64,000 bases of DNA. Origin: Deltaproteobacteria bacterium (GTDB lineage Bacteria > Myxococcota_A > UBA9042 > PHBI01). Of the stretch, positions 55,921-64,000 are shown one piece after another (position 1 is the stretch's first letter; the number at the start of each line of letters is the position of its first letter). The notes below the pieces were generated by a model that was given only the letters and a program-made list of their open reading frames with translations, did no database searches and had not been told where the DNA came from. The position numbers and the translations under genes were made by a program. The stretch spans positions 15,328-79,327 of the forward strand of contig JACKFA010000010.1 of assembly GCA_020632715.1 (NCBI GenBank), given 5' to 3'.

Positions 55921-55935
55921 CGGGCCGGACGTTGC
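55921..55935 (+). promoter_or_regulatory. Weak sigma54-like element CGGGCCGGACGTTGC(AT)
   Basis: GG and TTGC are at the correct spacing, but the -24 region is degenerate. It lies 45 nt upstream of ATG 55980. Confidence 0.25.
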
Positions 55936-55979
55936 ATACTCGACCGCAGGCGGCGCAGGACGGCCGCGGCGGAGGGGCG

Positions 55980-56324
55980 ATGACGGCGCGGTTCTTCCTG
56001 GGCGCGATGGCGGTGGTGGCGGGGCTCGTGGCGGCGGCGTGCGGCACGGCGGGCAGCGCGGGCGGCGGCGGGGCCGGCGAGCGGACGCTCACCGACGCCG
56101 AGCTCGACAGCGTCTGCTGGGAGGCGGCGACGCGCGCGAACTGCGCGATCACGACGTCCGCCGAGGGCGATCACACGAAGTCGTGCGAGTGCGCCGGGGT
56201 CGCGCGCGGCGACAACGCGCTGATGACGCTCAGCGGGACGTCGGCCGTCGGGCAGCCCATCGAGGAGCCCTTCGATCTGCGCTGGGACGGCACGGCGTGG
56301 CAGCTCGTCGAGCCTCAGGAGTAG
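55980..56324 (+). CDS. Small hypothetical lipoprotein (114 aa)
   Basis: SD GGAGGGG. Lipobox AVVAGLVAAAC. GC3-rich codons. Confidence 0.6.
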   Translation: MTARFFLGAMAVVAGLVAAACGTAGSAGGGGAGERTLTDAELDSVCWEAATRANCAITTSAEGDHTKSCECAGVARGDNALMTLSGTSAVGQPIEEPFDLRWDGTAWQLVEPQE

Positions 56325-56344
56325 CGCACACGGCGTCGCGCGGG

Positions 56345-57080
56345 CCACGCCGCGAGAGCGCACCGAGCGCCGTAGCGACCGCCTCCGACCAGCTCGCGAT
56401 GTCGCTCGCGTGGCCGGGCGTCGCCGCCGCGATCGCCGCGAGGAGCCGCTCCGCGCCGACGGCCTCGCGCGCCTCCCAGAGCGCGCCGCTCACGACCTGC
56501 GCGTCGGCGTGGGCGTCGCCCTGGAGCGCGTCCGGGCACGCGCCGCCGCCGGCGATGGAGCGCGCGTCGTCGGTGGTCGCGGAGGCCGTCAGGATCGGCG
56601 TCTCGAGCCGCGCCGCCGCGATGAAGTCGGCGACGCCCTCCTGGAGCATCGCGGCCTGCCCGTCGGCGTGGCCGTCGACGAGGCGCCAGCGTGGGCTCGC
56701 GTCGCCGGCCGCCCGGAGCGAGGCGTGGACGAGCTCGTGCGTGAGCACCGCGTCCCCGTCGGCCCCCGGCGCGAGCAGGACGCCCGCGCGCCCCGCCGAG
56801 GCCGGCGCCGCCGGATGACGTCGAAGCGCTCGCCGTCGAAGCGCGCGAGGCCGTCGTAGGTGGCGACCCAGATGAAGCCGGCGTCGTCGCGGGCGAGGTC
56901 GGTGACGTGGTCGAGCGGGAGGCCGTCCTCGAGGTGGCTCCAGTGGTCGACGAGGAGGTCGTCGACGAGGGCCGGGGCGGTCTCGCGGGCGCGGGCCGGC
57001 GCGGCGCTCGCGAGCGTGGCGAGCGCGAGCGTGGCGGCGGCGAGCGCCGAGGTCAGGCGGGAGAGGTGGCGGGCGTTCAC
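56345..57080 (-). pseudogene. Mosaic or frameshifted remnant: a signal peptide and one Reg_prop-like blade (frame A) joined out of frame to an HExxH metalloprotease C-terminal fragment (frame B)
   Basis: Frame A reads VNARHLSRLTSALAAATLALATLASAAPARA...DHVTDLARDDAGFIWVATYDGLARFDGERFDV. After about 56820, protein-like sequence continues only in another frame: AGVLLAPGADGDAVLTHELVHASL...MLQEGVADFIAA...GDAHADAQVVSGALWEA. Both pieces are far shorter than their families. Confidence 0.45.
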
Positions 57081-57318
57081 GGGCCAGGGCGGCTCGCCGC
57101 GGGGCGTTCGTGCGGGTCGGCGCGATCGTCGGGCGACCCGGCGTCGGCGCCGAGGCCCACGCCTTTCAGCGCGAACGTCGACTCGATGGCGCGTCACGCG
57201 CGCACGCCTGCGGAAGGCTCATGTCGTCCTACCGCGCGACGGGCGCCGCTGTTTGCGGGCCCGGGGACGCGTGTGTAGTCTCGTCGTCCAGGCGCCGTCC
57301 GCGCAGGCCGCGAGGAAC

Positions 57319-58719
57319 ATGATGTCGTCGATGACGTCCCTGAAGAGGGCCTTCTCCTGGACCGTGCTCGCGTTGGCTCTCGGCGCGTGCGCGGACGACA
57401 CCTCACCCGCCGACGCGGGTGGAGACAGCGACACCACCGCGGTGCCGGACACCGCGCCCGAGCTGGACACCACGGTCGAGGCCGACCTCGGCGAGGACAC
57501 CGCAGCGGATGCCCCCACCGAGGTCGAGGCGGATGGCGAGCCCGACGTCGACACGCTCGACCTGGAACCGGACGGGGCGGACGGCGCGAGCGACACCGAC
57601 ATCGGACCGGACGCGGACACCGAGGTCACGCCCGCCCCGGTCGTCTTCGTCCGCGGTCGCCACGACGGGCCGCAGGACGGCCTCACCTGGGAGACCGCCT
57701 TTGTCGGCCTGGGACCGGCGCTCGAAGCGGGGCGCGACGGCACGATCTATGTCAGCGGGGAGTGTTGCGGCTTCGACGAGATGGTCAACGGCTCGAGCCT
57801 GGACGTCGTGGGGGCTTCGACCCGCATCATGGGCGGTCGGGTGGGGGTGGACGGGCCGCTCACGGGCACCGACCCCGGGATCAACGGCCCCTTCGCGCGG
57901 AGCCTCATCCAAGGCAACGGCACCTTCTACATCTACGGCGATGGCCACATCGAGGGGCTCGAGTTCGGCCTGCAGGCGCGGGTCATCGCGCTGGGCCACC
58001 CGACTGTCTCGGACATCCTGGGTTCCCGAGTGAACTCAGGCCTCTTCTGTGGCGGTCTCACCTCGTTCGGACCGGACTCGACGGGCGGTGGCGTCCACTT
58101 TGCCGAGATCCGTCTCGGGAACTGCGACAACTACGCGCTCCGTCCCAACGGCCCGGCGGGCCCCGAGTCGGTGGCGTGGAGGGCCTACGACACGATGAAC
58201 CGGCCGCTGGGCAGGAAGTTGGCCTTCCTCACTTGCGTCGACGGCGAGTGTGGCCCGTCGCGCGTGGAGATCGGCTACGTCGACGGCTTCATCGAGAACC
58301 CCAAGCTCGTGGGCCTCATCATCGACCCGGACGAGGCCGCCTGGCTGACCTTCAGGCCCAAGAGCGACGACCTCGCCTTCCACCACTACGTCCTCGAGGC
58401 GTCCGACCCCATGGGGCCGTGGACCGTCATCTACCGCAGCGTCGACGCGGACGTCGACGACGGCATCTCCGGGGCCGTGCATCTGCCGGACCCCGACAAG
58501 TTCTATGTGCTCGGCTGGGGACACGACGGCGCACAGCCCAACCGCCGCTCCGATCTCGGCACCCCCGGCCAGCTCATCGAGGGGCTCGGGACGACCGTGG
58601 GGCTCATCGTCGCGCCGGCCGGCAACTACGCGGTCGGGACGACCATCGTCACCGACCTCGTCCTGCTCGACCGCGTGCCGGCGATGACCATCCAGGTCCT
58701 CTACCCGCCCGCCGAGTAG
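57319..58719 (+). CDS. Hypothetical lipoprotein with an acidic Asp/Thr/Glu linker
   Basis: SD GAGGAA. Lipobox WTVLALALGAC. Linker DTTAVPDTAPELDTTVEADLGEDTAADAPTEVEADGEPDVDTLD, followed by a ~380-aa domain of unknown function. Confidence 0.7.
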   Translation: MMSSMTSLKRAFSWTVLALALGACADDTSPADAGGDSDTTAVPDTAPELDTTVEADLGEDTAADAPTEVEADGEPDVDTLDLEPDGADGASDTDIGPDADTEVTPAPVVFVRGRHDGPQDGLTWETAFVGLGPALEAGRDGTIYVSGECCGFDEMVNGSSLDVVGASTRIMGGRVGVDGPLTGTDPGINGPFARSLIQGNGTFYIYGDGHIEGLEFGLQARVIALGHPTVSDILGSRVNSGLFCGGLTSFGPDSTGGGVHFAEIRLGNCDNYALRPNGPAGPESVAWRAYDTMNRPLGRKLAFLTCVDGECGPSRVEIGYVDGFIENPKLVGLIIDPDEAAWLTFRPKSDDLAFHHYVLEASDPMGPWTVIYRSVDADVDDGISGAVHLPDPDKFYVLGWGHDGAQPNRRSDLGTPGQLIEGLGTTVGLIVAPAGNYAVGTTIVTDLVLLDRVPAMTIQVLYPPAE

Positions 58720-59005
58720 CGCCGCTGGCGACGACGGACATCTCGAGAGACGAGCTCTCGACGTTCGAGAGACATCCTGATCGCGCTCGCAGCGACTATC
58801 CGCTTCGGCGGAGTCATTACGGCGCGGATGCAGCTGGAGCCGTTCACCGCCGGCCTCCTCACCGCCTGCCGTCGTCGTCGATGCTCGGCGCACCTATGGG
58901 TGCCCGGGGGCTGCGCCCCCGCGCCCCGCGTGGAGCCTCGGCAGACGGCGAGGATGCTCGGCGGCGACCGGGCTCCAGCCACTTGCGCACCGTAATCAGC
59001 CGTCG

Positions 59006-62000
59006 TCAGGGGCGGACGACCGCGGCGGGATCGGCCTCGCGGTCGGTCTTGACCGTGGCGAACGCGGCGCCGCCGATCACGACGAGCGACGTGCCCTCCA
59101 TCCGGTGCGCGGTCTCGGGGTCCGCGCTCGTCTCCTCGCGGAGCCGGAGCGTGACGCCGTGGCGGACGCGGAAGGTGGCGTCGACGGTGACGGAGCGGAT
59201 CTCGTAGGGGGCCGCGACCCCGTCGACCGTGACGCTGCCGGTGTTGCCGCTGACGGCGACCCAGGAGATGGCGACGTTCTCGAGCGGGGTGTCGGTGGCG
59301 GCGTCCTCCTCGCGGTCGCCGCGCGCGTCGAAGCCGTCGCGCGTGATGTCGACGACGCGCCCGGCGACCGCCGCGTCGTCGCCCACGCTGCCTAGCAGCA
59401 CCTCCGGCTTCTTCTCGAGGCGCGGGGTCCCGAAGGAGATCGTCGAGGCCGCGCCGGTCGCGGCCAGCAGGCCCGCGCCGGCGGCCCAGACGCTCCCGTC
59501 GCGGCGCTGGAAGCGGCCCGTCTCCATCGCCAGGAACGTCACGGTCTCCGCCCCGTGAGCGCCCAGGGACGCAGGCCATGACTGGATCCGCGCCTCGAAG
59601 CCGCCCCCCGAGACGCCGCTCACCTGCACGATCGCCGGCGTCGGGTCCGTGCTCGTCGGGAGCCCGGGGATGATGACCGGCGCCGCGAGAGCGTGGGGAA
59701 GGGCGATGGGCCGCCACGTGCTGTCGACGACGGCGGTGACGAGCTGGATCCCGCTCCCGACCACGGTGACCGTCTCGGTGTGGGTGGCGACGGTGCCGTC
59801 GCCGTCGGTGACGGTGCCGGTCACGCTCCACGCGCCCGGGTACGGGAAGACCACCGTCGCCGTCGGCCCGGTGAGCGACCCCGGGAGCCCGGCGATGGTC
59901 CAGACGACGCTCGTGACGCCGTCGTAGGCGGTCGAGGCGTCGGAGAGGTCGAGCTCCAGGTCGTAGCCGTTGCCGGCGCTCGTGAACGCGACGGCGGGGC
60001 CGGTGTCCGCGACGGTGACGACGTGCGTCGCCGTCGCGACGTGGCTCGCCGCGTCGGTGACCGTGAGCGTGGCGGTGTAGGTGCCGTGGCTCGCGTAGAT
60101 GTGCGACGCGACGGCCCCGGTCGCGCTCCCGCCGTCCCCGAAGTCCCAGACGTACGTCAGCGCCCCCGGCGTGCCGCTCGTCCCGGCGCCCCAGAACGCG
60201 AGGGCGACCCCCTCGGCGACGCCCGCGGCCGCCGTGATGGCGGCGGTCGGCGGGGCGACGGGGCGGTCGCGGACCTCGACCGTGCGCGCGTCCGTCGAGT
60301 CGACTCCGTTGCACGTGTCGTGCGCCGTCAGCGTCACGTGGTACGTCCCGGGCGCCGCCGCGACCACCTCGATGAAGAAGGCGCTCACGTCGTAGTCGAC
60401 GGCGAGCCCGTCGAGGCCCCACGTCACCTCGAAGCAGGCATTGTCGAAGGCGTCCGACCCCGCCGCGGTCGTCGTGAGCCCGAACGCGAGCCTGTCCCCC
60501 GTGAACGCGCGCACGTGGTGGTGTGGAGGCCGCATCACCGCGAGGAGCTCGTCCGCGCACGCGTCGCCGACGCCGTCGCCGTCCTCGTCGAGCTGGTCCG
60601 GGTTCGCGGCGGCGAGGCAGTTGTCGACCCCGTCGACGACGCCGTCGCCGTCGCTGTCGAGCCCGAAGGACGTCGCCGGCCAGCACCCGTCCGTGGCGTC
60701 CCTCGGGCACGGGTCCGCGCCGTCGAGCTCGCCGTCGTCGTCCGTGTCGCCGTCGAGCGGATCGGTCGCGCGCGCCGCCGGCCCCGCGAGCTCCACCCGC
60801 TGCGCCGCGCCGTCGCCGTCCACGTCCCCCGCCGGGTCGAGCAGCGCGTCCCAGGTCGCCCCCGGGATTTGTGCGATGCGAAGCGCGCCAAAGTAAGCAA
60901 CCAGGCGCCCGGCGAGGCGCGAGGTCTCCAGATTGCTGCGTTGCAACAAGCGCAGCGCGAGCTCCACGTCGTAGGTCGCGGCCGGGAGCGGCGTCTGCGC
61001 TCCCCATGCCGTCGCGCCAGCGAGCGCGGCCGCCTCGAGCGCAGCCGCCTCCGCCCGGAGCCCGGCGAGCGCCGCGTCGCTCGTGTTCCCGAGCAGGAGC
61101 GCGAGCTCGTCGGCGAGGTCGCCCAGGCCCTCCCAGCCCGCGCGCGGCGACGCCCCGGCGGCCGTCGTCTTGCGCGTGTAGTCGTCGGCGAGCGCGCGGA
61201 ACGCGTCGCGGCTCTGCGCGCCGCTGCCCTCGGGCGTCATGGCGACCGCGCCGTCCTCCCCGGCGTACCAGGCCGCGAGCGCGTCGAGCTCCGCCAGCGC
61301 CGCCGTCGACGCCGGCGAGACCGTGATCTCCCGCGCCACCGACAGCCGCTCCGCGAAGAGCGCCCGCGCGCCGCTGAGCCACTCCTGAGCCGTCCCGTGC
61401 GCGCGCCCGGTCGCGACGAGCGCGGCCGTCACGTCCTCCGGGCGGAAGCTCGGCACGATGCGGGTCATCCCGGACACCGTCCACGGCGCGCTCGTCCAGC
61501 CGCCGGCGCCGAGCGCCCCGCTCCGGACGCGCACCACCACCGGCGACTCCGCCGCGAACCGCGCCCCCATCGCTTCCGAGAGCGTGAACGCCGCCACCGT
61601 CGCGGACGACGACGCGTTCACCGCGCCCACCGGCGCCAGGCCGTAGCTATCACGCGCCACGACGAAGGCGCCGCCGAGGTCGCGTACCTCGAGCGCCCCC
61701 TCGCCCGCGGGGACGCCGCTCGCCGCGAGCCCCGTGCGCGCGGTGACGGCGGCGATGAGCTCGCCACCGTAGCGCGATCCGGCGGCCGGGAAGCTCTCCG
61801 CGTCCTCCTCGTCCGTGTGGCGCCAGAACTCGTCCTCGTCGGCCCAGCCGTCGCCGTCCATGTCGCGCGGCACGCAGACCCGCTGGTCCGTGTTCCGGGG
61901 ATCCACCGTGCAGCTGCACTTGGGCCACGAGCTCACCTCGGCGGGCCCGACCGCCGTCACCGGGCAGCCGCGCAGGAGCTCGTCGATGTTGGGCCAGCCG

Positions 62001-62779
62001 TCGCCGTCGGTGTCGGTGAGCGCGTCCTGGCGGTCGGGGTCGAGCCCCGCGAGCGCCTCGACCGGGTCCGGGATCCCGTCGCCGTCGCGGTCGGCGAGCT
62101 CGTCCGGGAGGTGGAGCGTGTAGGTGACCGTCGCCGTGGTGGAGTCGGGGTTCGTGCTCCCCGCCTGGCCGCGCGCGGCCCAGACGAAGACCTCGATGGC
62201 CTGGGTCTTGGCGGCGCCGTTCAGGAGCACGCGCCGCTCGCGCACCGGCGTCGGCGCGCTCCCGACGCCGTCGACCACGACCTGGAGCCCGACGGCGCCG
62301 CCCGTCCCGCCCGTCGCGCGCACCGTGATCTCGAGCGGCCCGGTGTAGTCGCCGGGGGGCGGGTCGAAGACGATCGCGAGCGGCTCGATCGCGGTGGGAT
62401 TGGGGTCCGTGGGCAAGTCGAGCGGCACGACCGAGAACGCCGGCACCTTTGCGCCCGACGGCGTCGGCCAGCTCCCGAGCCCGCGCTCGACGAGCACCAT
62501 CGCCGTCGTCGGCACGCCCGCGAGCGCCGTGAACGTCGCGCTCGCGACCTCCCCCCAGCCGACCTGGAGCGCGTCGAGGTCCTGTCGGACCACGAGCGTC
62601 CGCGACCCGTCGCCCACGCGCCACGTCGTCGTGACGACGCCCTCCGTGCCGACGACGTTGGCGTTCGCGTGGTCGAGCACGGGGTTCGGCTCGCCGTCGG
62701 CGCGCGCGACGCCGCCCGCGCCGAGCGCCAGGGCCAGGACCAGGGCGACGCCGCCCATCAACGCGTTGCGTCCGTTCAT
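59006..62779 (-). CDS. Large secreted surface protein with thrombospondin type-3-like Ca-binding repeats and PKD domains
   Basis: Signal peptide GGVALVLALALGAGGVARA. TSP3-like DRDGDGIPDPVE, DTDGDGWPNIDE, DMDGDGWADEDE and DSDGDGVVDGVDNCLAAANPDQLDEDGDGVGDAC. PKD signature YVWDFGDGGSATGAVASHIYASHGTYTATLTVTD. Confidence 0.8.
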   Translation of the reverse strand: MNGRNALMGGVALVLALALGAGGVARADGEPNPVLDHANANVVGTEGVVTTTWRVGDGSRTLVVRQDLDALQVGWGEVASATFTALAGVPTTAMVLVERGLGSWPTPSGAKVPAFSVVPLDLPTDPNPTAIEPLAIVFDPPPGDYTGPLEITVRATGGTGGAVGLQVVVDGVGSAPTPVRERRVLLNGAAKTQAIEVFVWAARGQAGSTNPDSTTATVTYTLHLPDELADRDGDGIPDPVEALAGLDPDRQDALTDTDGDGWPNIDELLRGCPVTAVGPAEVSSWPKCSCTVDPRNTDQRVCVPRDMDGDGWADEDEFWRHTDEEDAESFPAAGSRYGGELIAAVTARTGLAASGVPAGEGALEVRDLGGAFVVARDSYGLAPVGAVNASSSATVAAFTLSEAMGARFAAESPVVVRVRSGALGAGGWTSAPWTVSGMTRIVPSFRPEDVTAALVATGRAHGTAQEWLSGARALFAERLSVAREITVSPASTAALAELDALAAWYAGEDGAVAMTPEGSGAQSRDAFRALADDYTRKTTAAGASPRAGWEGLGDLADELALLLGNTSDAALAGLRAEAAALEAAALAGATAWGAQTPLPAATYDVELALRLLQRSNLETSRLAGRLVAYFGALRIAQIPGATWDALLDPAGDVDGDGAAQRVELAGPAARATDPLDGDTDDDGELDGADPCPRDATDGCWPATSFGLDSDGDGVVDGVDNCLAAANPDQLDEDGDGVGDACADELLAVMRPPHHHVRAFTGDRLAFGLTTTAAGSDAFDNACFEVTWGLDGLAVDYDVSAFFIEVVAAAPGTYHVTLTAHDTCNGVDSTDARTVEVRDRPVAPPTAAITAAAGVAEGVALAFWGAGTSGTPGALTYVWDFGDGGSATGAVASHIYASHGTYTATLTVTDAASHVATATHVVTVADTGPAVAFTSAGNGYDLELDLSDASTAYDGVTSVVWTIAGLPGSLTGPTATVVFPYPGAWSVTGTVTDGDGTVATHTETVTVVGSGIQLVTAVVDSTWRPIALPHALAAPVIIPGLPTSTDPTPAIVQVSGVSGGGFEARIQSWPASLGAHGAETVTFLAMETGRFQRRDGSVWAAGAGLLAATGAASTISFGTPRLEKKPEVLLGSVGDDAAVAGRVVDITRDGFDARGDREEDAATDTPLENVAISWVAVSGNTGSVTVDGVAAPYEIRSVTVDATFRVRHGVTLRLREETSADPETAHRMEGTSLVVIGGAAFATVKTDREADPAAVVRP

Positions 62780-62792
62780 CGAGGCGTCTCCA

Positions 62793-64000
62793 TCACTGAG
62801 CCGCCCACGCGGCGGGCATGTGGTCGTCGGCGGGGGCCGTGAACCAGTTGGTCTCGCGGTAGCTCGCGGGCTCGCCGCGACCGTCGAAGTACACGAGCTG
62901 ATAGCGGTATTGTCGCCCGCCGGCGTGCGGGACGCGGTCGAGCCAGGTGAGCTCCCAGCGCGCCGGGTCCGTCGCGAGGCCGCCCTCGGGGATCCGCGGC
63001 ACGAGCTTGAAGTAGGGGTCGTCGACGCGCCCGTCGAAGCTCGCGCCGCGCGGCACGAACCCGCAGAACGGGCCCGCGAGGAGCGGCGTCACCTGCACGT
63101 ACGGCCCCGGCGCGTCGCCCGCGGACTCGCGCGACTGCCGGTAGGCGACGAAGGCGCCGCGGTCGCCGAGAGCCGTCGACACGTCGCGGCAGAGGGTGCA
63201 CCCGAAGCTCGCCCGCGGCCCGACGACGTCCTGGTCGGCGACGCACACGACGGCGCCGCTCGTGTCGTCGTCGCAGCGGACCCCGTCGTCGCAGCCGCAC
63301 AGGTTGCAGAGCCCCTCGCCGTCCGCGCCGAGGTCCCACGTGCCGGGCGCGATCTCGCCGAGGACGATGGCCGGCACCGCCATCCGCTCGTGGCGGCCGG
63401 CCTCCCCGGGGATCACGAGGTACTCGACGTCGAGCAGCGCGTCGACCCGCGGCACCTTCGCCCGCGGCGGCCACGGGAGGTACCCCGGGTCGGTCGGCGC
63501 CGCCTCCTGCCGGACCCCGCACATCGTGCCGGACCACTCCGACATCGCCCCGCCCAGGTCGGCGGGCGTCGACGCGGACAGGCTCCGCGCGCGGACGCAC
63601 CACGTCTCGGTCGCGCCGGTCGGCAGCGCCGCGCCGAGGTCGACCCCGGTCGCGACGTGCTCCGCGGCGGCGCCGTGGAGCCCCTCCGCCGGGAAGAAGC
63701 CGCTCTGGCGCGCGTCCGAGCCCTGCCGCCACCACTCGGCGACGACGCCGGCGATGGCCTCCTCGGGGCCGTACCAGCTGAAGCTCCCGAGGCTGCACGC
63801 GACGGCCGGCGCGCCGCACGTCCCGTTCGTCGCCGGCGGCAGCGTGAGCGCGCCGACCCGCGGCGGGCTCGGCGCGACCTGGGCCTTCTTCGTCTTGAAG
63901 CACGGCAGCGGCAGCGGCGCCGACGGGGTGCCGCCCTTCCGGGACTGCTTCGTGATGGTCGGGCACGTGAGCGTCGGTCCCGCCTGCGGCACCGGGAAGG
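62793..64000 (-). CDS. Cys-rich hypothetical protein, 5' end probably beyond the window edge
   Basis: The frame is open to nt 64000. The stop lies 13 nt before the start of the downstream 59006..62779 gene on the same strand. GC3-rich codons. No domain recognised. Confidence 0.55.
   Translation of the reverse strand, partial: FPVPQAGPTLTCPTITKQSRKGGTPSAPLPLPCFKTKKAQVAPSPPRVGALTLPPATNGTCGAPAVACSLGSFSWYGPEEAIAGVVAEWWRQGSDARQSGFFPAEGLHGAAAEHVATGVDLGAALPTGATETWCVRARSLSASTPADLGGAMSEWSGTMCGVRQEAAPTDPGYLPWPPRAKVPRVDALLDVEYLVIPGEAGRHERMAVPAIVLGEIAPGTWDLGADGEGLCNLCGCDDGVRCDDDTSGAVVCVADQDVVGPRASFGCTLCRDVSTALGDRGAFVAYRQSRESAGDAPGPYVQVTPLLAGPFCGFVPRGASFDGRVDDPYFKLVPRIPEGGLATDPARWELTWLDRVPHAGGRQYRYQLVYFDGRGEPASYRETNWFTAPADDHMPAAWAAQ

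Overview
Very GC-rich chromosomal segment with strong GC3 bias. It is most likely from a member of Myxococcota: it has a MYXO-CTERM-like sorting tail, Myxococcus-type cysteine-rich repeats, and many lipoproteins with acidic linkers. Layout: (i) 1-8.7 kb holds a chemosensory operon: MCP 3' end, CheA-REC with an apparent frame break in a GCC/CCG tract, CheB, and two multi-receiver hybrid histidine kinases, all translationally coupled. (ii) 8.8-34 kb holds accessory envelope and secreted proteins: a 4-gene lipoprotein/HTH cluster, a 1841-aa Cys-repeat adhesin, a beta-helix protein, a GAF-PAS kinase, an animal/plant-type beta-ureidopropionase next to coaA, an orphan MNT nucleotidyltransferase, and several hypothetical secreted proteins. 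(iii) 34.3-50.9 kb holds a flagellar core cluster in two divergent operons: fliM-fliN-fliR-flhB on the minus strand, and EBP-flgB-flgC-fliE-fliF-fliG-fliH-fliI-motE-like-fliK-flgD-flgE on the plus strand. Two receiver-less sigma54 activators sit at the centre, and sigma54 -24/-12 promoters are recognisable. fliO/P/Q, flhA and fliJ are missing from their usual positions. (iv) 51-56.3 kb holds a DUF4157 protein and a family of three paralogous Ig-like lipoproteins, two of them behind sigma54-type promoters. (v) 56.3-64 kb holds a mosaic pseudogene, a lipoprotein and a 1257-aa TSP3/PKD surface protein. I saw no rRNA, tRNA, CRISPR array or recognisable mobile element. Many long ORFs in the supplied track are alternate-frame or antisense artefacts of the high GC content. 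All homology statements come from motif recognition by eye, not from searches.
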